A stretch of 64,000 nucleotides of DNA from Octopus bimaculoides (GCF_001194135.2 NC_068983.1:3295033-3359032), one strand, 5' to 3'; positions 48,948 to 63,623 are shown, counted from the stretch's first letter. Notes: a model not told the origin generated them from the letters alone. Program-made: numbers and translations.

Positions 48948-49482
48948 GTATTAAAAAATTGTTGAAACATTTTGTATAATGTAGAAATAGAACCAATTTA
49001 TTGCACTTGAATTTTAACAGCAAAATCTTCCATGGACCCTAATTGGGAATCACTGGTTTTAAGGGGCTGATTGAGGTGTGTGATTGAACGGATCCAAAGA
49101 CAAAGGGTCGCCAGTCTCACCTAACGTCCTCTCATTCTTTGTAAGCAGCAGCAGCAACAATAGCAGTAGTAGTAATATTGACAGCAACAATTCATACTAT
49201 TGTTGTAACGATTCTAGTTTGATGTCATTATCTACAATAACCTTTCAGAAGAGAGGCTTACTTTTATCTTATCACCGCCTCTGGTTTCTGTTTATTTCAA
49301 CTGCGATATATAAACCACACCTCTCCTTCACAGATTTCTCTTTCAGATAGCGTGAAACACCTGTGGTTGGTTTGTATTGTCTCCTTGTCTCGGAATTTAC
49401 CTGTCTCCTCGCACATGTCTCCTGGGATTACTTCATATTTTTGGCCTTTGTCGTATTTCAATAGAAGACAATTATCTTATAT

Positions 49483-49728
49483 CTTTTGTTTCTTTCAGTC
49501 ATTGGTCTACGGCCACACTGGGGCACCGCCTTATCGGGTTTTAGGTGCACAAATCGACCCCAATAATTACTTTTAAAAAATCTGGTAATATTCTATCGAT
49601 CCTTTTTGACAAACCGTTAAATTACGGGGACGTAAACAAACCAGCATCGGTTGTCAAGTGGTGGTATGAACAAACGCGCGCGCGCGCGCACACGGTGGGC
49701 TTCCACAGTTTCTGTCTATCAAAATCTG
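49483..49728 (-). mobile_element. SINE family A tail and middle, short-linker variant
   Basis: GGCCACACTGGGGCACCGCC...GGGGACGTAAACAAACCAGCATCGG...GGGCTTCCACAGTTTC. Confidence 0.75.
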
Positions 49729-50392
49729 ACCCCTAATGGGTTATCCAAAAGATTTGATAAACACTTTAAAGGATTTTGAATATTAAGGAAGCTGAACCAT
49801 TAGCAACCTGTATCTGGAAGAGCATGGGGTAATTTGAGACCAAAGTTCATTAATTTCCTGCCAAATATGGACGCAATTGTCGCTTGAGTTGTTCTGCAGT
49901 GGTGACTGGTTCAGTTGATGAATGAAAATGTGTTTCTTGAGCTGTACGAAGAAGTAACTGAACAGCACTTGTGAACATTTAACAGATTTTGTTATTGCAC
50001 GAACTGCGTTGGTCTTTTACAAATAACAACGGCAATAATTGGTCATTTGGAAGAGCAGAATGGAGTAAGTGGAGCAAGAGCACACACGATAAGGAAAAGT
50101 GTCACTGAAGAAGTCACAGATGTGTGATGAAATATTTCCGGACAATGGACATGAGTTAGAATAAGAACAGTAATAAACGAGTGGAAACCAAAGATACAGT
50201 GCGTGTGTTTATTTACCAACAAAAAAAAAATGAAAAAATGACCATCTCGAAATACAACAATATCTGTTTCAACACGCGATTTCACATCAGGAATCTTGCA
50301 ACACAAATTGATAAACGTAACGGCAATAATTACATATTGGAAAAGGGGACAACCGTTCCACTTTCGAAGAAGTTACTTCTGAGATATGAGTA

Positions 50393-50424
<32 letters not shown>

Positions 50425-51527
50425 GATGTCTGTGCGCAGGCTAAGTATTTTAAGAAACTGTAGGCGCTTTGCTTTTGTCATGGACAACTTGTCTGATAAG
50501 GGATTATACGAAAAGAGATGTTAATTATTAATCTCAATCTATTAATGAGTGACTTTTTCCTTTTTGAAATAATCCATTAGAAACGTCGGTATTTGTTGGA
50601 GTCCTTCTGATCTACTTTAGAAAGTCGCTCTCTCATATAAGGAGGGTTTTTTTTATACCCAGCCAATAAAAATGTCTGTTGAGGGAGAAACAAATAAACT
50701 TTAAAACATGTCTGTAATTCTTCAGAAGTACTTCACATTTCGCTCTCATCCACTTTCTCGCTTAGATTATAGTAACGTAGCTTTTTATTGCCTCTTGATT
50801 CTCTTATCAGAATGAAATGTGGCGAAGTCTAACGACTCTGTCACAAGTGATTAGCAATATCACCCAGTGACAGAAAGAAACAAAAGATGATGATGATGAT
50901 GATGATGATCACACACAACAAATTGGAGGCAATCAAAATTCCTACAATTTTCTGAGAACGGTGTGTGTTGATAAATCTGTCGATGATCTTTCTGCGGCGA
51001 CATTCGACGATGTTTCTATTGTACTTCAAATAATTGTTTATCGCCGATAATGGCGGCGACGAATGAATGATGAATGTCAACAACGTTACAATCCTCTCTC
51101 TTCTTTCTCTCTCTTTCTCTATCTATCTGTCTCCCTCTTCTTCTCCTTCTTCGTCCTCAATGAAATTCCAAGCACTAACATTTTTCTTTCCACCACCACC
51201 AACAACAACTACGACGGCAATAATTGCCATTTTAATATATTACTGCCTCATGATTATCATCATAATCGGAGAGTAATTCACTTCAAGTGAGAGATGAATG
51301 AAGAAAGGGGCCCCAACCTTACCTCTGTAGGGTCTATTTTATAAGAAGTGAGTGTGCGACATGCGTGACACAACTGAAAGAAAAGGTCGTCTGGTCGTTG
51401 GTTATGAGAAAAAACTTTGATACAGAACGAAAATGAGATGCAGGTTTCGAATTGCTCCAATGATCTTTAGGGAGAAGATTCAACCAATATTTATCAATCT
51501 CCTTCTCTCTCTTTCACTCTTTCTTTC

Positions 51528-51579
<52 letters not shown>

Positions 51580-51833
51580 ACACTTCACGCGCACACACGT
51601 CCAATACCTGTTTTCTGTATGTTTCTCAGTCGTCCTCCTATGTCACATTTTATTATGTCACATATACTCATATACTCTCAGGTAGATATACCCGACCCAC
51701 CTCGTGTCCTTGATGCGTCAACCCCCCCCTCCTCGGCCCCCATGCCAACGAATAAGCCAGTCCTTCCTCTGAACCACATCCTCCTTATTGTGTCTCTTCT
51801 TTGTTCATGTCTTTCCTGTGGGTGCTGACTCAC

Positions 51834-51911
51834 AACAGTTTAACTGGAATATTGATGCCATCAACCTCGCCAGACTAGAGGAGTCCATACGAATCATGGG
51901 CACTGTCGCTT
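51834..51911 (-). CDS. Candidate 78-nt phase-1/1 exon, unidentified (EATVPMIRMDSSSLARLMASIFQLNC)
   Basis: Minus-strand acceptor TTGCTGACTCTGTAG and donor TT/GTGAGT with one open frame; an overlapping plus-strand frame (FNWNIDAINLARLEESIRIMG...) is also open; no homology recognised. Confidence 0.2.
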
Positions 51912-52366
51912 CTACAGAGTCAGCAAGTAATAAACAATAAGGTGAACTGATTATTTTAGCTGGAAACCATAACGGAGCAGTAGTTACACTCACTGTAAAA
52001 ACACACATACAAATATGCATCTGTCTCTCGAGTTTACAGTTAGATGCATGACTGTTGCTGGCAAGTTAATATAAGGCAGCGAAGAGTTGCCCGGATGAGT
52101 TGTTACCATCCACTGCAGAGGATGCAAATAACTACAACGACGACACGTACGTAGGGACAGTAGACGTAAACTTGTTAATCATAATAGTGTGTGTTGTACT
52201 TTTACAAGAGCGATGGCAGTAACTTCGAAGCTTCGTTTTGCCAGCCTTCATCAGTCGATATTTAGACTTCGCTGTCATCATTCTTATTGTAAAAGTGTGA
52301 TAAAGATGCGCTCTACAAAAAGTATTGAGTAATTCTTTAGTCCCGTGTAAAATTATTTTATTATAA

Positions 52367-52409
<43 letters not shown>

Positions 52410-52617
52410 GGTAAACTGATATTTTGATGAATAGCCAAGATGGTGAGGATTAATAGGCGAATAGGGATTTACTGGTTGCACTCAGTTGGGATGCGTCCAT
52501 TCTGGAGCACATTCCTTTACTGTTTAATTTCGATCAATTCTGATCGAAAAGACCTGTGATCAAAGATGTTCCAAACATAACCGGTCTGGCATTTTTAAAT
52601 ATATCATGTTTTAGATA

Positions 52618-53025
52618 GGCGCATGAGTGACTGTGTGGTAAGTAGCTTGCTTACCAACCACATGATCGCAGGTTCAGTCCTACTGCGTGGCACCTTGGGC
52701 AAGTGTCTTCTACTATAGCCTCGAGCCGACCAAAGCCTTGTGAGTGGAGTTGGTAGACGAAAACTAGAAGAAACCCGTCGTAGATGTATATATATGTATA
52801 TGTGTGTATATATTTGTGTATGTGTGTGTTTGTCCCCCACCCCCAAAATCGCTTGACAACCAATGCTGGTCTGTTTATGTCCCCGTAACTTAGCGGTTCG
52901 GCAAAAGAGACCGATAGAATATGTACTAAGCTTACAAAGTATAAGTTCTGGGGTCGATTTGCTCGACTAAAGGCGGTGCTCCAGCATGGCCGCAGTTAAA
53001 TGACTGAAATAAGTAAAAGAGTAGA
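52618..53025 (+). mobile_element. Full-length SINE family A
   Basis: Complete head, microsatellite and tail. Confidence 0.9.
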
Positions 53026-53967
53026 TAGTCAAATATTTCTTTATTTATTTAAGACTGTAGAATGTGACTTGAGGGAGATTTGACTATTATTTCTTGCAAG
53101 TTAACAATAGTGTAATGGGTCAATCAGTCGATGAAAATAGCCATAGTAATTTCTCTAGTATTTATTTCATTCAGGTCATAATGAAAGGAGTCAAAGTCTC
53201 GCTAGGAATAAAGGGACATAGTATATTTGTTTAGCCCCCTTCATTCATCTTTCACCAACAAACGCACACACACACATCCGATGAGTATAATGTCCGTCTA
53301 CCCAATTTCATACAACTTTGACAACCCAAGGCTATAGCTAGACACATGCACAAGGTGCTGCCTGGAGGGATCGAACTCATTCACCACACGTCTATGTGTG
53401 CGACTCAGATCTATAAACCATTTAGTGAGCTAATCTCTTCCTATATCCATACACGTGTCTAACACAGTTTTAAACTTGTTTAAGAATCCTAATAATAAAA
53501 CAGATAAATGTGACAACGAAACAAGAAACTCGAACAGGGACATAACATAAATTGTTGAGTTTATCTTTGGGCGAACATAAAACAGCAAAAGCCATGTTTT
53601 TCTGGCTTTTAAACTCCATATAAATCAGTCTGAACATAGACTAACAATAACCTCAGGTCAGAGCTAGCTTGGTACTTAACTGTGATTGTCGTAGTGTTAA
53701 GTGGGGGGNNNNNNNNNNNNNNNNNNNNNNNNNNGGGGGGGGGAAGGGCTGTGAAAGATAATTAATCTACTCCAGAATAGTACTCTAGGCTTTCTAATAA
53801 ATATCTTTTACTAATTAATCTCAGCAACTATCAGTCAGTCAGTCAAGACACTGAACGTTTGCTTTTTTTTATATGTATTTATTTATTTGTTTTGTTCAAA
53901 ACTCTGTCCTTCTGACTATTTGTTCTACTTTTCGATCGGACTATCTATGCTCTTTCTCTCCCCACCC

Positions 53968-54002
<35 letters not shown>

Positions 54003-54635
54003 ACTCTCTCTCTGCCCTATCTATGCTCTTTCTCTCCTCACCCCTTTCTCTCTATCTCTCTCTCTCTCTCTCTTTCAATCTCTGTGCCCTATCTATGTTC
54101 TATATATGAAGGTAACTATCTTCCTCACCCCACCATCACCATTGTATGTCTCCAATTATATATTTTTTTTTCGGATGTCAGAGTTGTCTCCCTTGTCCAT
54201 TTTGATGAGAATTAGTCATTAAAGCTACTGATTTTTCTGTTTGCTGGAAGGTTAATTTTAAAATCTTTTCCCAACATAATGTTAACCTCCACTTAATTAC
54301 ACACACTCTGTCCCCTTTCAATTCTTAAACCTCATTTATTTCCTCCTTTTGTTGTCTCCTTTTTTGTCCATTGCTCTCCACAAAAGTATTGTTACAATGA
54401 CCTGGAACTTTACCTAACTTTCTAAGCATTAACCACCGATAAAACGCTGGATCTTCTCATTGCTGGATTTGAACTCAGCTCTTCAATTACTTAATGTCTC
54501 CACTACTTATTGTACCTATTCCAATGTTAAATAAAGTTCCTTACTCAAAGACACAACACACCGCCCGGTCAAAGAATCGAACCCACAACATTACGACCTA
54601 GTAACCCTAACTACTAGGTCAAAAACCTTTATATA

Positions 54636-54995
54636 CACACATGGTTCCCGGTTTGGTCCCACTGTGTGGCACCTTGGGCAAGTATCTTCTACTATAGCCT
54701 CGGGCCGAGCAAAGCCTTGTGAGTGGATTTGGTAGACGGAAACTGAAAGAAGCCTTTCGTATATATATATGTGTGTGTGTGTGTGTGTCTGTCTCCCACT
54801 CCCCAACATCGCTTGACATCCGATGCTGGTGTGTGTGTACGTCCCCGTAACTTAGCGTTTCGGCAAAAAGAGACCGTTAGAATAAGTACTTGGCTTACAA
54901 AGAATAAGTCCTGGGGTCGATTTGCTCGACTAAAAGGTGGTGCTCCAGCATGGCCGCAATGAAAATGACTGAAACGAGTAAAAGAATAAAAAGAA
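54636..54995 (+). mobile_element. SINE family A, 5'-clipped, preceded by an inverted family C head (54533-54620)
   Basis: Near-consensus A core and tail. Confidence 0.9.
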
Positions 54996-55788
54996 AAAAA
55001 GGATTCCAAAAGTGAACGATTTAAATTTGTCAATAAAAGAATGTGTCTCGTCTGCATCGCGCAGTTAAAAGTGTTCTCAAAAAAAAAACATCCAGCGTTC
55101 TCCACTGCTTCCACCATTCTACGTTATGGGTTGTTGGGTGGAGCGGGGGTCCACCTCGGGGGCATGATCTTCGTCCCAATTTGATAGAAGAGAGCATCAC
55201 TTTGGAAACAGAATACACTCAGTCTCGACAGTGAGTGGCATGGAGATAAATCTGTTTTTCAAAGACTGATATTTAATTTCTCGACATCTGCACCCGGATT
55301 GCCATTGGATAATGTATCACAAATGACTCAGTAGATGAGCGATTTGTTCCCCCACCCCCCGAATGCAAACACTGTTGGTTGGACTGGATGCCTGGTGTTG
55401 CTGTGGTCGAGACCGGTTGCGATGAAAAATCGGCAGCATCGAGGACCCTTTTAACAACATTATGCAGTACGGGCCGGACGAAGGAAACACTGTGACGACT
55501 GAATCCGAACCCGTCGGCAGCAGTGTTTATGAAACTTCCCCACGTGGATAGAGAGAGAGGTGTAGAGTAAATCTGATTAATCCCGACGAAGAGGGCACCG
55601 CATGCTTGTATTATAGAAGAGAAGAAATAGAAGAAGGATTAAACAGAACAAGAAAGAGGAGAGAGAATAATTAATGGCTGTTGTGTGTTAAAAGTTAAAC
55701 ATCATTGACAGAAATCGAGCTTTAGAAAACATCTAAATTGTTCGTGACGTGTGAAGAGGTCACGTCACACTAGCTTTTTGATTGTAGT

Positions 55789-55820
<32 letters not shown>

Positions 55821-57049
55821 GTGGATTTTATTAAAAACAACCTGTATTATATAGCGACTGCTACTGTTTGTGGTGGTCGTCGNNNNNNNNNNNNNNNNNN
55901 NNNNNNNNNNNNNNNNNNNNNNNNNNNNNNNNNNNNNNNNNNNNNNNNNNNNNNNNNNNNNNNNNNNNNNNNNNNNNNNNNNNNNNNNNNNNNNNNNNNN
56001 NNNNNNNNNNNNNNNNNNNNNNNNNNNNNNNNNNNNNNNNNNNNNNNNNNNNNNNNNNNNNNNNNNNNNNNNNNNNNNNNNNNNNNNNNNNNNNNNNNNN
56101 NNNNNNNNNNNNNNNNNNNNNNNNNNNNNNNNNNNNNNNNNNNNNNNNNNNNNNNNNNNNNNNNNNNNNNNNNNNNNNNNNNNNNNNNNNNNNNNNNNNN
56201 NNNNNNNNNNNNNNNNNNNNNNNNNNNNNNNNNNNNNNNNNNNNNNNNNNNNNNNNNNNNNNNNNNNNNNNNNNNNNNNNNNNNNNNNNNNNNNNNNNNN
56301 NNNNNNNNNNNNNNNNNNNNNNNNNNNNNNNNNNNNNNNNNNNNNNNNNNNNNNNNNNNNNNNNNNNNNNNNNNNNNNNNNNNNNNNNNNNNNNNNNNNN
56401 NNNNNNNNNNNNNNNNNNNNNNNNNNNNNNNNNNNNNNNNNNNNNNNNNNNNNNNNNNNNNNNNNNNNNNNNNNNNNNNNNNNNNNNNNNNNNNNNNNNN
56501 NNNNNNNNNNNNNNNNNNNNNNNNNNNNNNNNNNTTTGTACCCGCCTTAAAATTGTTTTAAAAAACATTACACATGGTGGAAAATAATAATAATAATGAG
56601 AAAATCATAAAAATTAAGAATCTCTATTAAAAAAAAACTTAATTTCTGTATTATGTATATTTATGTCCCAATTTGCCTAAATTGCCTAACTCTATGAAAT
56701 TTGCCTAATGAAGTCTTTTTAATAGAAATTCTTAATTTTTATGACTTTCTCATTGGGTGCAAAACAAGATTCCTAACCACACAGCCATGCCTGCGCGCAC
56801 ATGCGTGTGTGTGTGTGTGTGTGAGTAGTTGTCTAAAAATCCACGAGTCAGGAAAAGAATACCTCTTCATATCTTGGTATTCATGACGGAACTCTTTGTC
56901 TTTTACCCTGACTTCTAATCTCGATTTTTCTTTTAAGCCTACTGGATTCGATAGGAGTAAAGTACCAGTGAAGTGCTGGGGGTGAACGATGTAATAATAG
57001 ACTCTGATAGACAAGAATTTCGTGATGGCCACGACTGGAATATGTTCCA

Positions 57050-57290
57050 TGATCTACAGATGACCTGGATGTAAACAACGGCGTCTTTACGTGGTCGTCT
57101 GACCTGCTAGGAACAGCCATCAAATCTCTTTCAAATTATACCCCACCCCCACCCCATGGTAAAAGAGGGAATAACAAATTGGAATCTGTAGTGGAGTCCT
57201 TATTCCATCCATGACCATCCTGTCTGTTTGTAAATGTCTTTTATTGCTGGTCTGCACGATCAGGATTGACCTGAAGCTAACCAACAACAA
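57050..57290 (+). mobile_element. Family G repeat
   Basis: CTGCTAGGAACAGCCATCAAATCTCTTTCAAAT...CACGATCAGGATTGACCTGAAGCTAACCAACAAC. Confidence 0.5.
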
Positions 57291-58459
57291 AGGTGTGTGT
57301 GAATACTTAATGAAAACCACATTTTTGTCCTCGTTTTTTTCTCTTTTTATTTCAAGTTCTCAAACATAGACTTGTTCTAAATTGTTGCTTGACTTGAAAT
57401 ATTACCGTTTCTCTGCTTTCTCCTTCCTGATTTACTTTCTTTTTTTTTTTCCTCAACCATTCATTTCCTCAAATCTAAAACAATTAGATTGGCCACACCA
57501 ATGTTTAGATAACTATGTAAGAATTTTCATGTCAGCACTAACTTTACATCACCACCACATGTTCCAGATAGAGGTTGAAGCAGACGACTCACATTAAACA
57601 GAAGGAAACTAACCAGTTGAACGGAAAACAACGCATAAAAACAGAGGTTATAAATTACTTTCAAAAGGAGACTTAATATATGTGTCTGAAGTTTAAAACA
57701 TATCCGTGATGAATGTGCTGCTGGGGCTGGAATCCTGGTGTTATTTAAAGACGGGACTCGACGTGAGGTAAAAGGCAGAACGAGTATTGTAGGTTAAGTT
57801 TCAAATCGTCCTTAATAACCTGGCTTTTTTTTTCTGTGTTGATTGATAGAGACGTGACAATGTCGTAAAAAAAAAGTAAAATGATTTTTATTCAGATCAA
57901 ACTGATAAAGACTGATATTGTCATTAATGAAATATAACACAGTGATAAAACAGATTGGAAAGTCTATGTTCTGTTTTAGTTCTCTAACCACATACGACTT
58001 TGTTTCTTCGTGATGGGGACCCAATCTATTATTTATGTAAACAAAACAACCCATGCCAACATGGAAGGCGGACGTTAAATGACGATGACGGGGATGATGA
58101 AACAAAAGAAATAATAAATAAATAAAATGTATGAAGATAATTCTTTCAGTCGATAAGATTCTGGGTCTTTTTCTGTGAAATTATGGCGGAGATGGTATTG
58201 AATGTATATAGAGATGATATCAATCGCTAAAACTTAAATCTTGTGTATCATTTCTACATCCATATAATTTTGGGTTGTAACAGACAGCAAAAAAAACTCC
58301 CGCTTCTCCCTAAAGATTCGCAGGTATTGTCTCCGAAAGCTGACCATTCTGGACAGGTCAGCAGTTGATCCTGTAAGAATAGTTTTCTTTTACAGAAAAT
58401 AAACACGGAACAAGGTTTTCTCCTGTTTTTCCGTTTCCATCACAACTGCACGATCATAT

Positions 58460-58876
58460 CTTTTTTTTTTTTTTATCTTGTTCCAAACATTAGACTACGA
58501 CCATGCTGGGGCACCCATCCCACCGCCTTGAAGAATTTTTAGTCGAATGGATCCACTACACTGCTATTTTTTTTTTTCTTAAATCTAGTACTTATTCCAT
58601 CGGTCTCGTTTTGCCAAACAAGTGCGATTCGAGTGCGTAAACAAACCAACACCGGTTGTCAAGAGGTGTTGTGGTGACAAATGCGCGTGCGCACACACAC
58701 ACACATACACACACACACACACACAACGAGCTACTTTCAGTTTCCGACTCCCAAATACTCTCACAAGTCCTTGTTCGGCCTGAGGCTGAATTAGAAGACA
58801 CTTGCCCAAGGTGCCACGCAGTGGGACTGAACCCGGAACCGTGTAGTTGGGGGGAAACTTCTTACCACACGACCAT
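58460..58876 (-). mobile_element. Full-length SINE family A
   Basis: Tail, (CA)n and head. Confidence 0.85.
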
Positions 58877-59119
58877 ACACACACACGCACATGCATCCAC
58901 CCCCGCTACTGACCCTGTCAACACAGCGATTACCTTAGATAGGATCAGATCATCCCGGCAATTACCTTAGATAGCCGCACATCCTGTGAGTGGTACCTGG
59001 ACTTGCACCAAGGAGAGCTTCTCCCGTGCGATGTTAGGTCTCAAACAGACGGACATTCCATTTGGCTTGCTTCTTGCGTCTATGAGGCATTCTTTTCGCC
59101 TTTTAATCGAGGGAATCCA

Positions 59120-60090
59120 CTCCTGGACTTATTCTTTGTAAGCCTGTACTCTTTTGCCGAACCGCTAAGTTACGGGGACGTAAACACACCAGCATCGGTT
59201 GTCAAGCGATGGTGAGGGGACAAACACATATACACAAATATATATATTTGTGTGTGTGTGTGTGTGTGTGTNNNNNNNNNNNNNNNNNNNNNNNNNNNNN
59301 NNNNNNNNNNNNNNNNNNNNNNNNNNNNNNNNNNNNNNNNNNNNNNNNNNNNNNNNNNNNNNNNNNNNNNNNNNNNNNNNNNNNNNNNNNNNNNNNNNNN
59401 NNNNNNNNNNNNNNNNNNNNNNNNNNNNNNNNNNNNNNNNNNNNNNNNNNNNNNNNNNNNNNNNNNNNNNNNNNNNNNNNNNNNNNNNNNNNNNNNNNNN
59501 NNNNNNNNNNNNNNNNNNNNNNNNNNNNNNNNNNNNNNNNNNNNNNNNNNNNNNNNNNNNNNNNNNNNNNNNNNNNNNNNNNNNNNNNNNNNNNNNNNNN
59601 NNNNNNNNNNNNNNNNNNNNNNNNNNNNNNNNNNNNNNNNNNNNNNNNNNNNNNNNNNNNNNNNNNNNNNNNNNNNNNNNNNNNNNNNNNNNNNNNNNNN
59701 NNNNNNNNNNNNNNNNNNNNNNNNNNNNNNNNNNNNNNNNNNNNNNNNNNNNNNNNNNNNNNNNNNNNNNNNNNNNNNNNNNNNNNNNNNNNNNNNNNNN
59801 NNNNNNNNNNNNNNNNNNNNNNNNNNNNNNNNNNNNNNNNNNNNNNNNNNNNNNNNNNNNNNNNNNNNNNNNNNNNNNNNNNNNNNNNNNNNNNNNNNNN
59901 NNNNNNNNNNNNNNNNNNNNNNNNNNNNNNNNNNNNNNNNNNNNNNNNNNNNNNNNNNNNNNNNNNNNNNNNNNNNNNNNNNNNNNNNNNNNNNNNNNNN
60001 NNNNNNNNNNNNNNNNNNNNNNNNNNNNNNNNNGACTGAACCCGGAACCATTTGGTTGGTAAGTAAGCTACTTACCACACAGCCACTCCT
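59120..60090 (-). mobile_element. SINE family A spanning an assembly gap
   Basis: Tail-side sequence at 59120-59271 and head at 60034-60090, same orientation. Confidence 0.75.
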
Positions 60091-60103
60091 CTGCATGTTT
60101 TAT

Positions 60104-60137
<34 letters not shown>

Positions 60138-61727
60138 AATTGCCATGTGCGAAGGCATTGGGGCTTGTCTCTTGTGTAACGTTACAGCCAGTAAGCAATT
60201 ACGCACACACGCACACAATCAGAAGAGAGAGGGCTTAAAAGTAACCCTGTAAAGATTCTCATAACAAATGCACGATATCAGGAAATAAGTGGTTCTCAAA
60301 CCTTGTCGAGTTTCTTCTGTTGACTGAACAATGTCTACAATGAAATTGTAAGACAAGTATTGTCACTTTATCGCTTTTCTCGCCTCATTGACGACATTGT
60401 TATTCAATAGAGAAGTTTTCTATACTCACATATTCATTCACACACAATATATATATATATATATNNNNNNNNNNNNNNNNNNNNNNNNNNNNNNNNNNNN
60501 NNNNNNNNNNNNNNNNNNNNNNNNNNNNNNNNNNNNNNNNNNNNNNNNNNNNNNNNNNNNNNNNNNNNNNNNNNNNNNNNNNNNNNNNNNNNNNNNNNNN
60601 NNNNNNNNNNNNNNNNNNNNNNNNNNNNNNNNNNNNNNNNNNNNNNNNNNNNNNNNNNNNNNNNNNNNNNNNNNNNNNNNNNNNNNNNNNNNNNNNNNNN
60701 NNNNNNNNNNNNNNNNNNNNNNNNNNNNNNNNNNNNNNNNNNNNNNNNNNNNNNNNNNNNNNNNNNNNNNNNNNNNNNNNNNNNNNNNNNNNNNNNNNNN
60801 NNNNNNNNNNNNNNNNNNNNNNNNNNNNNNNNNNNNNNNNNNNNNNNNNNNNNNNNNNNNNNNNNNNNNNNNNNNNNNNNNNNNNNNNNNNNNNNNNNNN
60901 NNNNNNNNNNNNNNNNNNNNNNNNNNNNNNNNNNNNNNNNNNNNNNNNNNNNNNNNNNNNNNNNNNNNNNNNNNNNNNNNNNNNNNNNNNNNNNNNNNNN
61001 NNNNNNNNNNNNNNNNNNNNNNNNNNNNNNNNNNNNNNNNNNNNNNNNNNNNNNNNNNNNNNNNNNNNNNNNNNNNNNNNNNNNNNNNNNNNNNNNNNNN
61101 NNNNNNNNNNNNNNNNNNNNNNNNNNNNNNNNNNNNNNNNNNNNNNNNNNNNNNNNNNNNNNNNNNNNNNNNNNNNNNNNNNNNNNNNNNNNNNNNNNNN
61201 NNNNNNNNNNNNNNNNNNNNNNNNNNNNNNNNNNNNNNNNNNNNNNNNNNNNNNNNNNNNNNNNNNNNNNNNNNNNNNNNNNNNNNNNNNNNNNNGGGAG
61301 CCTCTATCATTGTAATGTATGCTGAGGAAGCTGTGGGTATTTTTTCCAGTGCAGAAACCGGTCCACGTGAGTCCAAATACTTGAATATATGCTGAGAGAT
61401 TGTCTTAGCCCGCTTGCATTCGGATGGTTGATTTCTGTAGTAATTATCAGTGTATTTTTGCGATTTAAATAAGAGTTTTGATTGTTATTTCGAGCAGTAG
61501 ACATACTTAGTATGTCCTTTGATTAATTATATATGCTGAGACCCCCTTCGGTCATGACTGACCATGGGAATGCACCTAGAAAGTTACCCTCGAAAAATCC
61601 TCACTAGGCATCAGCAGTGAGCTACGAAAAATCTTAACATCTACGTACCAAATGAAAAAAAAATATCGATACATAAAATTGCTCGGCAACGACGAGATAC
61701 TCTGTTAGTGTGTGTGTGTGTGTGTGT

Positions 61728-61968
61728 GTGTGGTTAGGCTGTCCGGTTCACAATCGTGAGTTCGATGTCCAGCAGTGTGTTGTATCCTTGAGCATGACGC
61801 TTTATTTCACGTTGCTCCAGTTCACTCAGCTGGCGAAAATGAGTTGTACCTGTAATTCCAAAGGGCCACCCTTGTCACACTCTGTGTCACGCTGAATCTT
61901 CTTGAGAACTACGTTAAGGGTACACTTGTCTGTGGAGTGCTCAGCCACTTGCACGTTAATTTCACGAG
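61728..61968 (+). mobile_element. SINE family C with D tail, 3'-truncated at the next SINE
   Basis: Reverse complement of 1363-1653. Confidence 0.85.
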
Positions 61969-61977
61969 GGCCAATTA

Positions 61978-62387
61978 TGCCTGTGTGGTAAGTAGCTTGC
62001 TTACAAACAACATGGTTCTGGGCTCAATCCCACTGCATGACGCCATGGGCAAGTGACTTCTACTATAGCCTCGGGCCGACCAAAGCCTTATGAGTGGATT
62101 TGGAAGACGGAAGCTGAAAGAAGCCCGTTGCACACACACACGCACACGCACACGCACACGCACACGCACACACACACACGTGTGTGTGTGTGTTTGTTCC
62201 CCACGATCACTTGACAACCGATGTTGGTGTGTTTATGTCCCCGTAACTTAGTGGTTCGGCAAAAGAGTCCGATAGAATAAGTACTAGGCCTACAAAGAAT
62301 AAGTCCTGGGGTCGATTTGTTCGACTAAAGGCGGTGCTCCAGCATGGCCGCAGTCAAATGACTGAAACAAATAAAAGAGTATATATA
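61978..62387 (+). mobile_element. Full-length SINE family A
   Basis: Complete; its 3' ~258 bp reappears identically after the gap (62469-62726). Confidence 0.9.
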
Positions 62388-63623
62388 ANNNNNNNNNNNN
62401 NNNNNNNNNNNNNNNNNNNNNNNNNNNNNNNNNNNNNNNNNNNNNNNNNNNNNNNNNNNNNNNNNNNNGCACACACACACGCACACGCACACGCACACGC
62501 ACACGCACACACACACACGTGTGTGTGTGTGTTTGTTCCCCACGATCACTTGACAACCGATGTTGGTGTGTTTATGTCCCCGTAACTTAGTGGTTCGGCA
62601 AAAGAGTCCGATAGAATAAGTACTAGGCCTACAAAGAATAAGTCCTGGGGTCGATTTGTTCGACTAAAGGCGGTGCTCCAGCATGGCCGCAGTCAAATGA
62701 CTGAAACAAATAAAAGAGTATATATAAAATGAGAGCGGGAAAGGGAGAGTACCTGGTGACAGAATTCTGCCAGCCTCATAAGACACAACCAGCTTTAAAC
62801 TCAGAAACCGAAGCAAAACCCCTGGAAAACATCATCTCTGGCATTCTTAGTCTCACAACTTCCTTATCTTTGACTTGTACTCTTTTACCGACCCCGAATG
62901 GATTAAAGTCAAAGATGACCCTGGCAGAATTTGAACTCAGAGTGCAGAAAATCGGAACTAATAGGTGGAGGGATGGGAGGGTGAGATCTAAAGCATATTT
63001 GGATTGATTTCTACTTTAATTCAGATTGAGCTTAGAGTCTTCGATTCATGTTCTTGGGTTCAATTAGGTCAAGACTGATTGGCATAAAGTAAGACCCCAA
63101 CTGGCATAAGCTAATATTTCAGTTCATTAGTTGACCAGAAATAGATCCTACTTCCATTACGACCACAGCAATCGAAATACGCATTAATTTCTACTAAACA
63201 TTCCACTTCAGACATAAACAATGGTTGGCCTTAAACAATTATGTTTACAGAGTTTAAAGTTAAACTATAAATCTAATTTAATGTGGAAGTTGATCAACAG
63301 AGTTTATTGCTTAGCAACTGGGTTAAGAGTTTACTTAAAACTCTTTTTTTCTTCTAGCCACATCAACCACGTCTTCTATTAGAAATAAAATAAATATTGT
63401 ACTCATCTTACGACACTACCCCGATTCGACAAGGTTTCGCTGGTAGTCTTTTCTTTTTTTTCTGTTTTTCTCTTCCTGATTTAGAATAGTGGCTGCTTTG
63501 TAAGTCTCAGTTTATAATTTATAATATAATTTACATTAGCTTTCTTTCAAAGGAAATCTGATCTCATTAGACAGCTCGTTCGTGAATGCTTTTGTCTGGA
63601 ACTATCACCATTGCCAGCATATA

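Noticed and set aside
49395-49470. Minus-strand KYEVIPGDMCEETG resembling the VPS10-domain GYRKIPGDxC motif
   Set aside because: Short match, a poor acceptor abutting a SINE tail, and no other VPS10-like segments
62130-62726. Apparent perfect 258-bp tandem duplication of a SINE tail
   Set aside because: Identical copies sit on either side of an 80-N gap; most likely overlapping contig ends (assembly artefact)
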